Notes under the pieces: generated by a model
What the model saw: only the letters and a program-made list of their open reading frames with translations
Told to the model about the DNA's origin: nothing
Databases searched by the model: none
Position numbers and translations under genes: made by a program
In this document: positions 51,197-64,000 of the stretch, piece after piece
Numbering within the stretch: the first letter of the stretch is position 1
Layout: each line of letters starts with the position of its first letter
Origin: Flaccisagitta enflata
Lineage: Eukaryota
NCBI GenBank assembly: GCA_965153355.1
Contig: OZ231126.1
Span: 42,780,001 to 42,844,000, forward strand
DNA length: 64,000 nt
Direction: 5' to 3'

Positions 51197-53287
51197 TTTC
51201 GCTATGAAGTAGCGTGCGTGCGACTAAAAAGTTGGGCGACATCAGCCTATGGGATTGTCTTGTAAGGTTATGATCCAAATTTCAGCTTATCAGACCAACT
51301 AGAAGTGCCATTTCTATATTTGTTTGAGCCAAATTTCTGGCTCAACCTGATATGTCTTGTTTTGGAAGTTCCAAGCTAAGATTCATTGTAATATCAGTCA
51401 TCAACATTCACGATAGTCAAAAGTGCCACATTTCCCACAATGATTTTGACGTCTTTTCATCTCATCAGTCAACACTTTTCACCAATTCTATAAGCCACAT
51501 ATTCCCAGCATCTTTATGACGCCACTTTGTTCATTTTAATGAGCTCTTTCTACTAACGCGTAAAACTTGCAAAGAAGAAAAGAGAACTTTCATCACCATG
51601 ACATATGTGCAATAGAATTTATTTTACCAAGCTGTGACGGAAATATAACAATTATCATATTATGTCGAGCTCGTGGGGCGCGACGCGGTGCTCCGAGGGT
51701 ACTAAGTCTCAGTGCTCCTAAATATCATATCTTCTCAGTGCTCCGAATTTGGAGCACTGAGATACAGCAATCTTTCTCTTTTCCTTGGTTCTCTCTGTTA
51801 TATGCTGAGGACTCATGGGGCCACTTCGGTGATTTTTTTATCAAAGTTTTTTTTATACTGAATCTATTCTAGATCGGCACCGAAATAGAGACAACTTGAT
51901 ATTTTGGCACTTTGACAAAATTAACAATCGATCTGAGCTATGTCGAACTGACCTTAATCTGAAATACACACTACCGAACTCTTCCACCATGAGTCTCTGA
52001 CACTTAAGAGATTTTTCTTATCCACAATCATCGTCACCAAAATTGCCGATGATGAACCTGCGGCCTTGGGTGACCAGTACCCAAATCGCCGAATAAAAAG
52101 CTCGGGCCATCCTAAAGAACCCTTCGCAGAAATTCTAATCTAATACATATTTTACATATAGTTGATACTGTATAGTACCCAATTAAAGCCCACTTTTATA
52201 TTCAGTTGTCGATGATAATTTGTATAAATTGGTCTATTTTAGGCTATTTTTTTCCTCCAATTCTTGTTTCAGAGAGTCATCACCAAAGTCCGGATTTACA
52301 CCGAGGATGATTGCTTTGTATTCTACTTTCGTATTTCTAGATAAGAAAACAGCTAAATTATTACCAAGGGAAACATGTCATTGTCATTGTCAAATTTTCT
52401 ATCATTAGCCTATCTACATTTGGCATTTCTTTAAAATGATATGATAATACAATAATATAATATAATACAAATTAAGAGTTTGGGTTTGACTAATCCCTCG
52501 ATCGATCGATCGATCGATCGATGGTGATGAAACCTTTGTCTTGGTGTCTTTGAGAACCTGACTCGCTCTGTCAGCTGATCCGCGGTCTCCATCGAGAAGG
52601 ACGTTTCATCGGAATTCATCGGTATCCATCGATGAAAAGCCGATGAAAAGTCCTTACCAAAACAGTTCTTACATTAAGTAACATATATGGTTTCAAAATA
52701 TTTTGAATAAAATGTCAAGTTAACCAACTTCGTCTGCTGTTATGCATATCATGAAATGGATAAATGATGATTTTTAAACAGCTCTCATTTCTGAACAGAT
52801 TGAGCCATTGCAACAAGATTGATCCCAAATGTAAGATCTTTTAATGTAGCTCTTGAAACTATCTAATATCATATTTTTTACCGCCAAAAGTTTATTCTTT
52901 CACTGCTCAAACTCTGGCGCATAACATCGGTTTTATTGGGTCGCAATTTGTTAAAACAAGGCCGGATACACGGCCACCCAAGTCGCGTACGGGTGGGCAG
53001 GAGCCATATTTATGGCCGCAAAAAAACCAAAAGAGTAAAGTGTGACGGACGGACCAACGGACGGACCGACAGACCGACAAAGTGGGTTGTAGAGTCGCGT
53101 GCGACTAAAAACCGCCTCAGCCAGAGTTACTTTTTGACCACCTTAGTTACACCTTAGTTACACTTACACACTCGGCAACAGTTTTTTTTTTCATCGGCAC
53201 TCGGCCGAAGGTTCATAATCGGTAATTTTGCCGGTGGTGATTGTAAGGCCTGGAAATTGGGAAAGTTGTGCAGGTCAGCAAAAAAGC

Positions 53288-53381
<94 letters not shown>

Positions 53382-53696
53382 GACCCAAAGAACATCATCC
53401 CAACATTCAGTATCGCTAACCTTGGCTGTTTCATCGATATTTTGGAGTGGATATCATGGCAGTTCGATTGGAGTGTCAGTTCGACAAAAAAAAGTGATGG
53501 AGTAGTTCGATTGGGAAATTGTCTTAAATGACCAAGTTTTTTAAAATGCAAGTTTGTACCAGATCGACATTCATTTTCCCTAATTGATGCTACTTCGATT
53601 CGAAGTAGGAATGATTTGATAAAAAAAAAAGTCGCCACAGTTCGGTTGTCGAAGTCACATACGCGAACCATATGCTGACTATGGCTTTTTCTCTCT

Positions 53697-53860
<164 letters not shown>

Positions 53861-54892
53861 GGCAGCAGCTCCAAAAAAACTTTACACCTTTACTTTCTTG
53901 CTTTTTGGGCAATGGCTCCGCAGGGGCTAATGACCTATGCTTTCATACCTGGGGAAAATCTTTTTCTTCTATTCCCTCTCCTTCTCCTCCTTTTGCATAC
54001 CCCCCTAGCCTTGAGGCCCACAACTCAGCATAGAGGCCCAATTTCTATCCTCATGGCCCAAAACCTAGCCTATAGCTCAAATCCCAGCCTTGAGGCCTAA
54101 GTCCCCGCCCAAAGGCCTAAATATCAGCCCATACACCCAAATCCCAACCACTAGAAAGAGAAGGAGAAATTTCTTCATGTGTGAAAGCAAAGATCATCGT
54201 CCCCTTTTTGGCCGCTGCCCCGCCCCCTCCTTCAACTTCAATCTCAACGTACTTAGGCAGGGCATGGGTACACCATCTAACGCTTTTGCGACTTGAATTA
54301 GCAGTCATCCAGAAGCATGTGACTGAATGATTAATTTCTTAATTGAATAAATGATTTTTTTTTTATTATCTAAATCATACTTGGAGAACAAAGTTATCAA
54401 AAAACAAGGCCAATAGGTGCGATGTTTGGATCGTCGGACGAATGCGTTACTGACCAACCTACGGACCGACCAACCAACCAACCGACGGATACAGCCAATT
54501 ATAGAGGTCCTTTGTCGCACCTAAAAATAAAAGGTGGCAAGATGTATAGTAGCATAGCATGCGACTTATGAGCACTACCAACTTAATGTTCAATAACTTT
54601 GGTCCAAAATTTTCAAAGCATCAAAACCGAACTAGTCATTTTTATGTTATTTTAAGATAATAATATAAAAACTTAATAGCAGAAAAGACACTGCCTCAAA
54701 TATGGTTTGAAGTTTTATCTAAGAACTAAATAAAAACTTTTTAAAAATGACATTTTCAAGAAAAAAATGCTAGGTATTTTTTCTTCCAAACAATTTTGGT
54801 ATTTCTCTAATTCTTTACTTTCTCTTTTTGATTTTTTAGTTTCTCTCCTAATTCTTTACTCTCTCTCCTATTATAATGACAAAAGCCAAGAA

Positions 54893-54941
<49 letters not shown>

Positions 54942-55018
54942 AAGAGCCAACACCTTTAAGTCGCGTGCAAGATGATGGTAACTGAATTAAACTGACTCCT
55001 TATTGTATCACTTTATTG

Positions 55019-55800
55019 ACTTAATCCAGACTTAAACCAGACTTAAACCAGACTTAAACCAGACTTAAACCAGACTTAAACCAGACTTAAACCAGACTTA
55101 AACCAGACTTAAACCAGACTTAAACCAGACTTAAACCAGACTTAAACCAGACTTAAACCAGACTCAAACCAGACTCAAACCAGACTCAAACCAGACTCAA
55201 ACCAGACTGTCAAACCAGACTAAAAGTGGACTCAAACCAGACTCAAACCAGACTCAAGCCAGACTCAAGCCAGACTCAAGCCAGACTCAAAGCAGACTCA
55301 AGCCAGACTCAAGCCAGACTCAAGCCAGACTCAAACTAGACTCAAACTAGACTCAAACTAGACTCAAACTAGACTCAAACCAGACTAGACTTAAACCAGA
55401 CCTAAACCAGACCTAAACCAGACTTAAACCAGACTTAAACCAGACTTAAACCAGACATAAACCAGACTTAAATTAGATCTTAACCAAACTTAAACCAGAC
55501 CTTAACCAAACTTAAATCAGATCTAAACCAGACTTAAAATGATGTAAAATGGAATGACTTATAGTGACTCAGAATGACTTATAGTGACTCAGAATGACAA
55601 AGAATGACTTTAAATGACTAAGGATGACTTAGAATGGCTTTGAATAACTTAAAATGACTTAAAATGACTTAAAATGACATAGAACAACAAAAACTTCAAA
55701 AGTCAAAAAATGACTTAAAGTGACTTAGAATGACTTGGAATGACTCAGAATGACTTAGAAGGACTTAGAAGGACTTAGAATAACTTAAAATGACCTGAAA
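55019..55800. repeat. 11-bp (GACTTAAACCA-type) tandem array grading into 10-bp (AATGACTTAA-type) units, inside a DINE-like element at about 54938-55906
   Basis: Direct tandem units with block-wise variants (TTAAACC, TCAAACC, TCAAGCC, TCAAACT). Confidence 0.9.
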
Positions 55801-56225
55801 TGACATAAAAGAACAAAAAAAAGCTAACGAAAGCTAAGTGTGACCGACGGACCGACCGACAGACAGACGGACAGAGTGGGTCATAGAGTCGCGTGCACGC
55901 GACTAAAAATTAGGAACAGTGATAATACATTTTCTCACTGCTCAGAATTAGGAACATCAAGAAAACGAACAAAATGGGACATCTCAGGGCTCCGAATTCG
56001 GAACAACGATTTGTACCCGAGCTCGTGAAATGCTTGAATATCGCTTTACTGCTGACTTTCAACAAATCACAAAAGTTGTAAACAATTGATGAACATAAGA
56101 ATTCGTAAATCAAAATGTATATAGCATTCCTTTTCGCCGTAGGTGATTTTGTTTGTTGATAAAACATATACCAAAGAGTTTTTCTCTTCAAATGAGAAAA
56201 ACAAACAAACACGCACACATACGCA

Positions 56226-56332
<107 letters not shown>

Positions 56333-56695
56333 ACACACTCACACACACAGAGTTTTGCTGCCGGTACATTGACTATGCGTTTAGATCTGCGACTATCCTT
56401 TTACTCGTCTTTTTAGTTGCGGACAAGAGGCTTTGTCCATCCGTCGGTCTGTTGGTGCGTCAGTCCGTCGGTCCATCGGTCAGTTGGTCCATCGGTCCGT
56501 GAACACGAGTCAAAAAGTGCGAAAACGAGCGTGTTTGTGTATGTGAGTGGGGGACTTGTGGTGTGGATGGGGGTTGGACGCCCCTGTTAACCCGTCCGCA
56601 ACGATATTGTTACCCCGCGTCACTTGTTCCTTCCTCTTCCTCCAAGGTAGATTCCCAGTTGAATCCGATAGTAATACGTCATCGGAAGTACTGAA

Positions 56696-56872
<177 letters not shown>

Positions 56873-57666
56873 GGACGTCTTCCAGCCCATCGTCACTCCC
56901 ATAATTCAAGGAAACAATCATGACTATCATCATTGTCGTCATCGGAGTTCTTCCTACTCCGAATACCATCTTCTCTTTTCTATTCTTATTCTGAATGTGG
57001 TAAGTACAACCATCATCGTCATAATCGTCATCACCGCGAATCGTCATCATCGTCATCATCGTAAGACTCATGCAAGCAGTTTATCACTGTCATTGTCATT
57101 ATTGTCTTAATCATTATCAATGATCAATTTCACCTTCCTTTTTTTTTGTTTTCCCCATCGTCCTCTTCATGTCATCGTTTTCGGCATCATGTTTAGAAAC
57201 GGACGGGCTTACAGACAGACCGACGCTGATAACGATCCATAGACAGAAAAAACCGAGACCGACGCAGTCTAGATGGGTTCCCCATTCCCGAACGATCATG
57301 CACATTGCACAGACAGAGAGCCCTCAGCAGGCCGGGAAAGCGTCAGGAAAGAAATATTCTTTAAAAATGCGTAAAAACGCGGAAAATTCAATAAGAAGTT
57401 TCTGTGTCGCCCACAGTTGGGAAAAAATTCAAATCGCTCTCCTCCGTTTTGCTCCTTCTTCCTCTTCCTCTCTCTTCCTTTTCCCATTCTTCCCTTTGAC
57501 AAAAGGGTAAGGACAACGTTAGAGACACTCTCAATGACAATGTAGGTTTGTGGGTGTTAGTCTGTCTGTCCGTTTTTTGAGGTAGATATGGTTCACTAAA
57601 TAAGCACGCATGACATTTCTTCCTCACAAATATAGGCAAGCGGACGCACGCGGAAGGACACACACA

Positions 57667-57758
<92 letters not shown>

Positions 57759-60700
57759 TAGTCCAAGGTGATGCAGTGATGTTAAAATGAATGACAGAAA
57801 CAGACACGGCGGATATTCCTGCTACCCCACTTCATGCAAATGAGATTTTGGTAGATTTTCTTTTTGGAATTCTGTTGAATTCAATCCTTCATCTCGTCTC
57901 GGTGCGTAGAAGGCACTTCTTGGAGTGTAGATCGAGGTTGGAAACTAAGATGAATAACAAATTAATGATATTGCTGCAATGTACTAGATGGCTCTTATCT
58001 GAACTAATTTACTTTTCCTCGTATGAGTTTTTGGGCCGCCCCGCAGTGGCGTCAAAGGGGCGTATGATCTATGCTTTCACACAGCGCCATGATTTTGGGG
58101 GTGCCACCTCAAATTTGTGTCACGACAACGTATTAGTGTGCCACCTCAAATTTGTGTCACGACAACGTATTAGTGTCCCAATCAATTTAACTAGGGATTT
58201 TTTTATCGCTATATGTATAGACAACAATAATTTTTTGTGCATATCAGTAAATGAAAACTCTCTCTATCTCTTTCTCTCTCTGATGTTTGTATCCCAACAA
58301 AGGGCCGCCATGGCGGCCCCGGCGGCCCCTTGCCATACGGCCCTGCTTTCACATATGGTAAATTTTTCTTCCCAAAACATTCTGCATCATGACTCCACCC
58401 CCAGCCTCAAATCTCAGCCTCGAGGCTCAAATCTCAGTCTCAAATTTGGGCTTTTAAGCGGCTCGCATCTCAGTCTTGAGGCTCAAATTTCATCCTCGCG
58501 ATTCAAATCTCAAATTCTAAGCTCAAGATTTAAAGTATAGCGTATCAAAATCATCGGGGCCGCTGCTTTGGGGCATTGGGTATCGCTGACATTCTGATGG
58601 TGACTATTGTTTACTTATCAATTGTCTGTAATTCTTCGATTCTCTAAAAGCAATGTTGATAAACGAAGAAATAAAGATAAAGATAAATGAAGAAATAAAG
58701 ATAAAAAATGCTGCAATTAGCAGTAGGATTTCACTTACAGACTGAAAATCCCTGACTAGGACAAAACGCCCAAGATTTGAGTACGATTTTATGGCTTACG
58801 ATTAACAACACATACATACATACAAATACCAGACGACGCCGTGCTCCTGACATATCAGTTCAATACAAATATTTTGAGGTAGGTTATGGGCTAACTGATC
58901 CATGAATAAGGCTTTGTTATTTGTGATGGATGTTTTAAGAGATAAACGAAATGAAAAACTGACAGACTGATGAAGTAAGATAATGACAAAATAACTGAAG
59001 AGAAAAAAAAATCAAAATAACACACGTATGCATCTGTCGAAGAGGTAGAAGGCAGAGTAACTATTATGAGCTGAGAGATATTCAAAATGGGAGAAGAAAG
59101 GAAGAAAAAAGAAAGAATCAAGAAAACGTGAGTAACGGACTGAGAAAATTGTGTCATTAAAAAGATCTTTGGCGAAGACAAGCACGACGTAGCAGTCGCG
59201 GTCTGAGGATAAAATGAGTCTCCCCCTTCTCTCTCCCTCGTTCTACTCAGCGCAATGTCTAGAATTAAGAAAGGAAGGGGAGGAAACTTCAAAGCGAAGA
59301 CGAAGAAAGCGAAAACGGAGGACAAGCGACATCAGAGACAATGAAAGTTTTCTAAATCCTCTAAAATGGTAGGAATTTCTATACCGAAAATTGGATAATG
59401 AGGCATAGAAACCATTTTAATTTGGGGTAATGAAGACGAAAAGAGAAGTGGGAAAATTCTCTGTGATGGGGTATTAGGATTGGATTGGATGTACTTTTGT
59501 ACTTTCCTATTTCTTTCTAACAAGTTAAGAGTGAAAAGGATTTTAGATGAATTGCCCTGAAAGACGACGACTTCCTTGTTCTATCTAACCTCTAACATCA
59601 CTTGTTGATGTATAAGATAACCGCTTTCTTCTTATTCAATAACAGAGAATGTTTTGAATGAAAATTAGACAAGGGAAAGGCGGCCAAATCAAAAGTTCTG
59701 AATGGCCTTGCTCAAGAAGTACAGTTTTGATCATAGATCCTTCGTACAATATAAAATCAAAGGTAACAAAATCGATAAAACCCCAACCATGTATTTATGT
59801 ATGGTTGTCGAAAATAATTGTAATGTTTAATCTCCTGCTAAGAGGGTTTCTTACCTAAAAATCAGTTGTATCGAATAATCATTTCCAAGATCATCACAAT
59901 TTTGACAATAACAATGTATAAAAAAATCATACTATTGACCCATCTTACCAAAGCACATTAGAACAGCAATGATATAACTTTCAATTCTCAGCTTCTTTAA
60001 AAATCAAATTTTTTTGTTGTTCCAAACAAGAATTACTTTTAGTTTATTCCAATAACAGCTTGTCTAAGAGATCGGATCTTATTTGGAATGAGAATAAAAC
60101 CCTGATCATTTTTTTCAAAGCAAAGAGGATGAGAAAGTGAAATCATTTCTAATTCACGAGAGAAAATGGACGCCAATTAGGAGGAGCTTTCTTTTCCATT
60201 GAAGATTTATTAGAACTTCATGAATAAATAGTGGCTCTTTACTTAACCTCGTTTGAGGAATGGCAGCACCTTTTTGTTTTAAGCTCTGTTATTCAACTGT
60301 TCACTAACGCATTTGTTGGAAACGACTGGCGCATCGTCTGAGTTCGTGTATCTGGCCTTGTTCATCTGACCTTGGTTATTACTCCCTCTCCCCCCTTCCC
60401 CCCACGTTGCTTCCATCCATTTCCGGCCTGGTTTGGTTTGGTTTGTAACGCTTAACTTTTTTTTTTGACGTTTTACATCATTTTAAGTCATTTTAAGTTA
60501 TTCAAAGTCATTTTTAGTCAATTTACATTTGATCTTTTAGTCTTTTGGTCTTTTAGTCTTTTAGTCTTATGGTCTTAACAACCCCACGCGACTGTAAGGT
60601 GTTGGCCTTGTTTTTCTCCTAACTGGTTGCAATCGGCGTTTTGTCCATTTTTCACACTTTCCTCGTCTGGTTTTTAGTCACGTGCCCACAATTCTATGAC

Positions 60701-61256
60701 GGGCTATGTTGGTCTGTCTGTCGGTTGGTCGGTTTATTGGTTGGTTAGTTGGTTTGTTGGTCGGTTACCTGTTATATGCCTTTTATGGCATTTACAGGTT
60801 ATTTTGTGGTCACTGCTCCTGCCCAATGCTGTAAAAAGGTGTTAAAAAGTCTTAAAAAGGGTTGGTAAGTGTTAAAAAATATTTAAACTGTGAATGTCAG
60901 GGATGTTAAAACGGGTTAATGAGGGGTGAAAAAGGTTAAGAAGAGATAAAAAAAGGATAAAAAGAGTTAATAAGGGTTAGAAAGGGTTAAAATAGACAAA
61001 AAAGTTTTTTCAAGTCTTGTTCTCATCCGTTTTACTGATTATCACTCCATTTGGTTTTCTTCCATTGTTTGCATCAGATTCTCCATCAGTCTGTCTTTCA
61101 ATTTGTTCTCAAGTCTGTATGGGGCGTCTCTATGTATCATTGCCTTTCTATGGATCTCACTGTCTTTGTCACTCTTTCTAACTGTCTGTTTGTCTGTCTT
61201 TCTTTGTCTTTCTGTCTGTCTGTCTGTCCGTCTGTCTGCCTGTCTGCCTGTCTGTT

Positions 61257-61288
<32 letters not shown>

Positions 61289-61356
61289 CGTCTCTGTCTT
61301 TCTGTGTCTCTCACAGTCTCTGTCTGTCTGTCTGTCAGCCTGTCTGTCTGTCTGTC

Positions 61357-61453
<97 letters not shown>

Positions 61454-62659
61454 CTCCCTCTCTATCTTTGTCTCTCAATTACAGCATCTCATAGAGAGCC
61501 TGTCAAGCTGTGCCCGGACTGACATAGCAACTGTCAGCCTTTTTTTCTAACTCCACTCTATTTCTCCGCGGCCAAGTCAATTTATGTTTTGCCCCCTCTC
61601 TCTGGCTTTGGCAATTTCTCTTTTTCTCTTCATCGTCTGGTTTCTTTTTGGAAAGACAAATATCTGCCAGATAACAGATATGCAGCCTTGTCTTCTACTC
61701 CGTAATTCCATCCCCTTTTAAAGAGGGTTCGATATTATACATTTTGTTCCTGAATTTCCTTCTTCCCCCTGTTTCCCACTACCATCGAAAGTTTCTGTTT
61801 GTTTGAAAATGTCCTAGCTGCCTTCAATCCAGACATATGCCGATACGCATATGTATTAATTATTTTCAACTGAAATAGAAATCTTGTATTCAAAGAAAAA
61901 CAAAAAGTTGAAGCGTTCATTTTGGGAGCTGCGCTGATTAGCCATTCGTCCGTGTGTCCATACCTGTCCTGTCAGACTGTCCATCCGCCCATCTGTCCAT
62001 CGCTCCGTTCATCCGTCTGTCCATCTATTCTTCCTCTCGCCAGTCATGGACATCCACCAGTCCATCTATGAGTCGTCTCTCTCCAACTCTCGGTATATTT
62101 TCTAATACAAATTGCGTTATGAATTGCGGCAAAATGCTTTCTTTATGATCTGACATCCCACAACCCGACCCGATAAATCTTTGCACAGATGCTTCTCCTT
62201 TTCCAGAACCAACCTGATGTTCTTTATGGAAGGTAGGTGAGCTGTCGCGGGTCGGTCATTGGGTCAAAAAAAGAAAAAAAAAGAATAGTTGAAGAAATTG
62301 GAAGAAAGATGACAAGACCAAAACACGGTTTCTGGTCGTTTCGCATCGCTGTTGAAATCTAGAAATTAGAATAGACAGTTTATTCGTTTGAGGGAAATTT
62401 GAAACAGTGCAAACAAAATACAAAACACTCATTCAAAACACAAATTATGATATGTGGTAAGTAGTAGAGTTGTAATTTTCATAAGAAAACACAATGAACA
62501 TGCATTAAACAATGCAATGCAACAATACAATCGGTACTAGATTCCATGGCGCATAAAAGTATTAAGGCTGTCGGTCTAGTACAGGTCATTGAACCGAATG
62601 TATGAATAAATTAAGAATAGAAGTACTATTTACAGAAAGATATTCAAGTTGGTAGTGTC

Positions 62660-63205
<546 letters not shown>

Positions 63206-63335
63206 CTACGGACATACTCTAACTTTCTCGGGGTGATGACTTCTCTCCGCTGATCTAACCCCCAGAACTTGTTCCTTTGACACTCCTCCTTGATGAAGCA
63301 CAGATAGGGACGACGTGGATACGTGTGTGGCACTC

Positions 63336-63463
<128 letters not shown>

Positions 63464-64000
63464 AAGAGAGAGGAGAAAGAGAAAGAGAAAATTACCAAGT
63501 GAGAGAACACAAGAGTTAACTCGCGCTTTCCACCCCTGAAAAAAGATGTGGATCTGCATGTGTTGATAATTTCTTTCCGGCCGAGATGAGGAATCTCTTA
63601 TGGTCCTTCACACATGGTTCTATCATCCCATCCCTTCAGGCGGACGGACGGTATCTCGTTCGGCAGCACAGTAATTTCCTCAACCAGCTCCTACGGTAGC
63701 CCATCCAGTCCCCAGTGAATGTATGGTCTTCTGTTTATTGTACCACTTTTCATCCAGTCCTTTAAATGGTCTTTAAATTTTGATATGGTATCGCATACAA
63801 TCACCCATCAAGTCTCCTATATCCAGTACCCTCGTACGTTATCTCAAACGGTACCTCATTCTACGCCCTCGTCTAGTCTCTCATCCAGTCCTTCATACAG
63901 TCCCTCTCTCACACGGTGTTTAATTCATTTTTCCCTTCCCTCATTCTGCAGTTTGAGACGACTGTTGAAATGAGAAATGAGATTTATAACAAGATTTCAT

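Noticed and set aside
57791-58540. 249-aa plus-strand ORF
   Set aside because: It runs through two dispersed repeat families and a short local duplication, and no domain is recognisable.

Overview
AT-rich, repeat-dense eukaryotic DNA with GT-AG introns, many microsatellites and nested non-autonomous transposons; the gene content suggests an invertebrate animal. I rebuilt three multi-exon genes by hand from splice signals and reading-frame continuity. (1) Plus strand, 12833-20240, three coding exons, about 1711 aa: a ROCO-family protein with a Ser/Pro/Thr-rich N-terminus, LRRs, a ROC GTPase and a COR region. It has no kinase. Instead it ends in an IRE1/RNase L-type KEN (HEPN) ribonuclease-like domain with an intact RNxxxH motif, followed by one or two ubiquitin-like folds. 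This architecture is the most unusual thing in the window and looks like a GTPase-gated, LRR-sensing RNase, a candidate innate-immune effector. (2) Minus strand, 44226-39175, nine exons, 354 aa: a secreted chymotrypsin-like S1A protease with a C-terminal CBM14 (peritrophin-A) chitin-binding domain. (3) Its tandem paralog, 35741-27567, keeps the same exon structure and open frames but has lost catalytic His57 and Ser195 and two disulfide pairs, so it is a pseudo-protease. The rest is mostly Helitron-like, DINE-1/HINE-like, hAT-type and Tc1/mariner-type MITEs, including a nested stack at about 2-7 kb, plus simple repeats. All domain calls rest on motif recognition by eye; no database searches were run.
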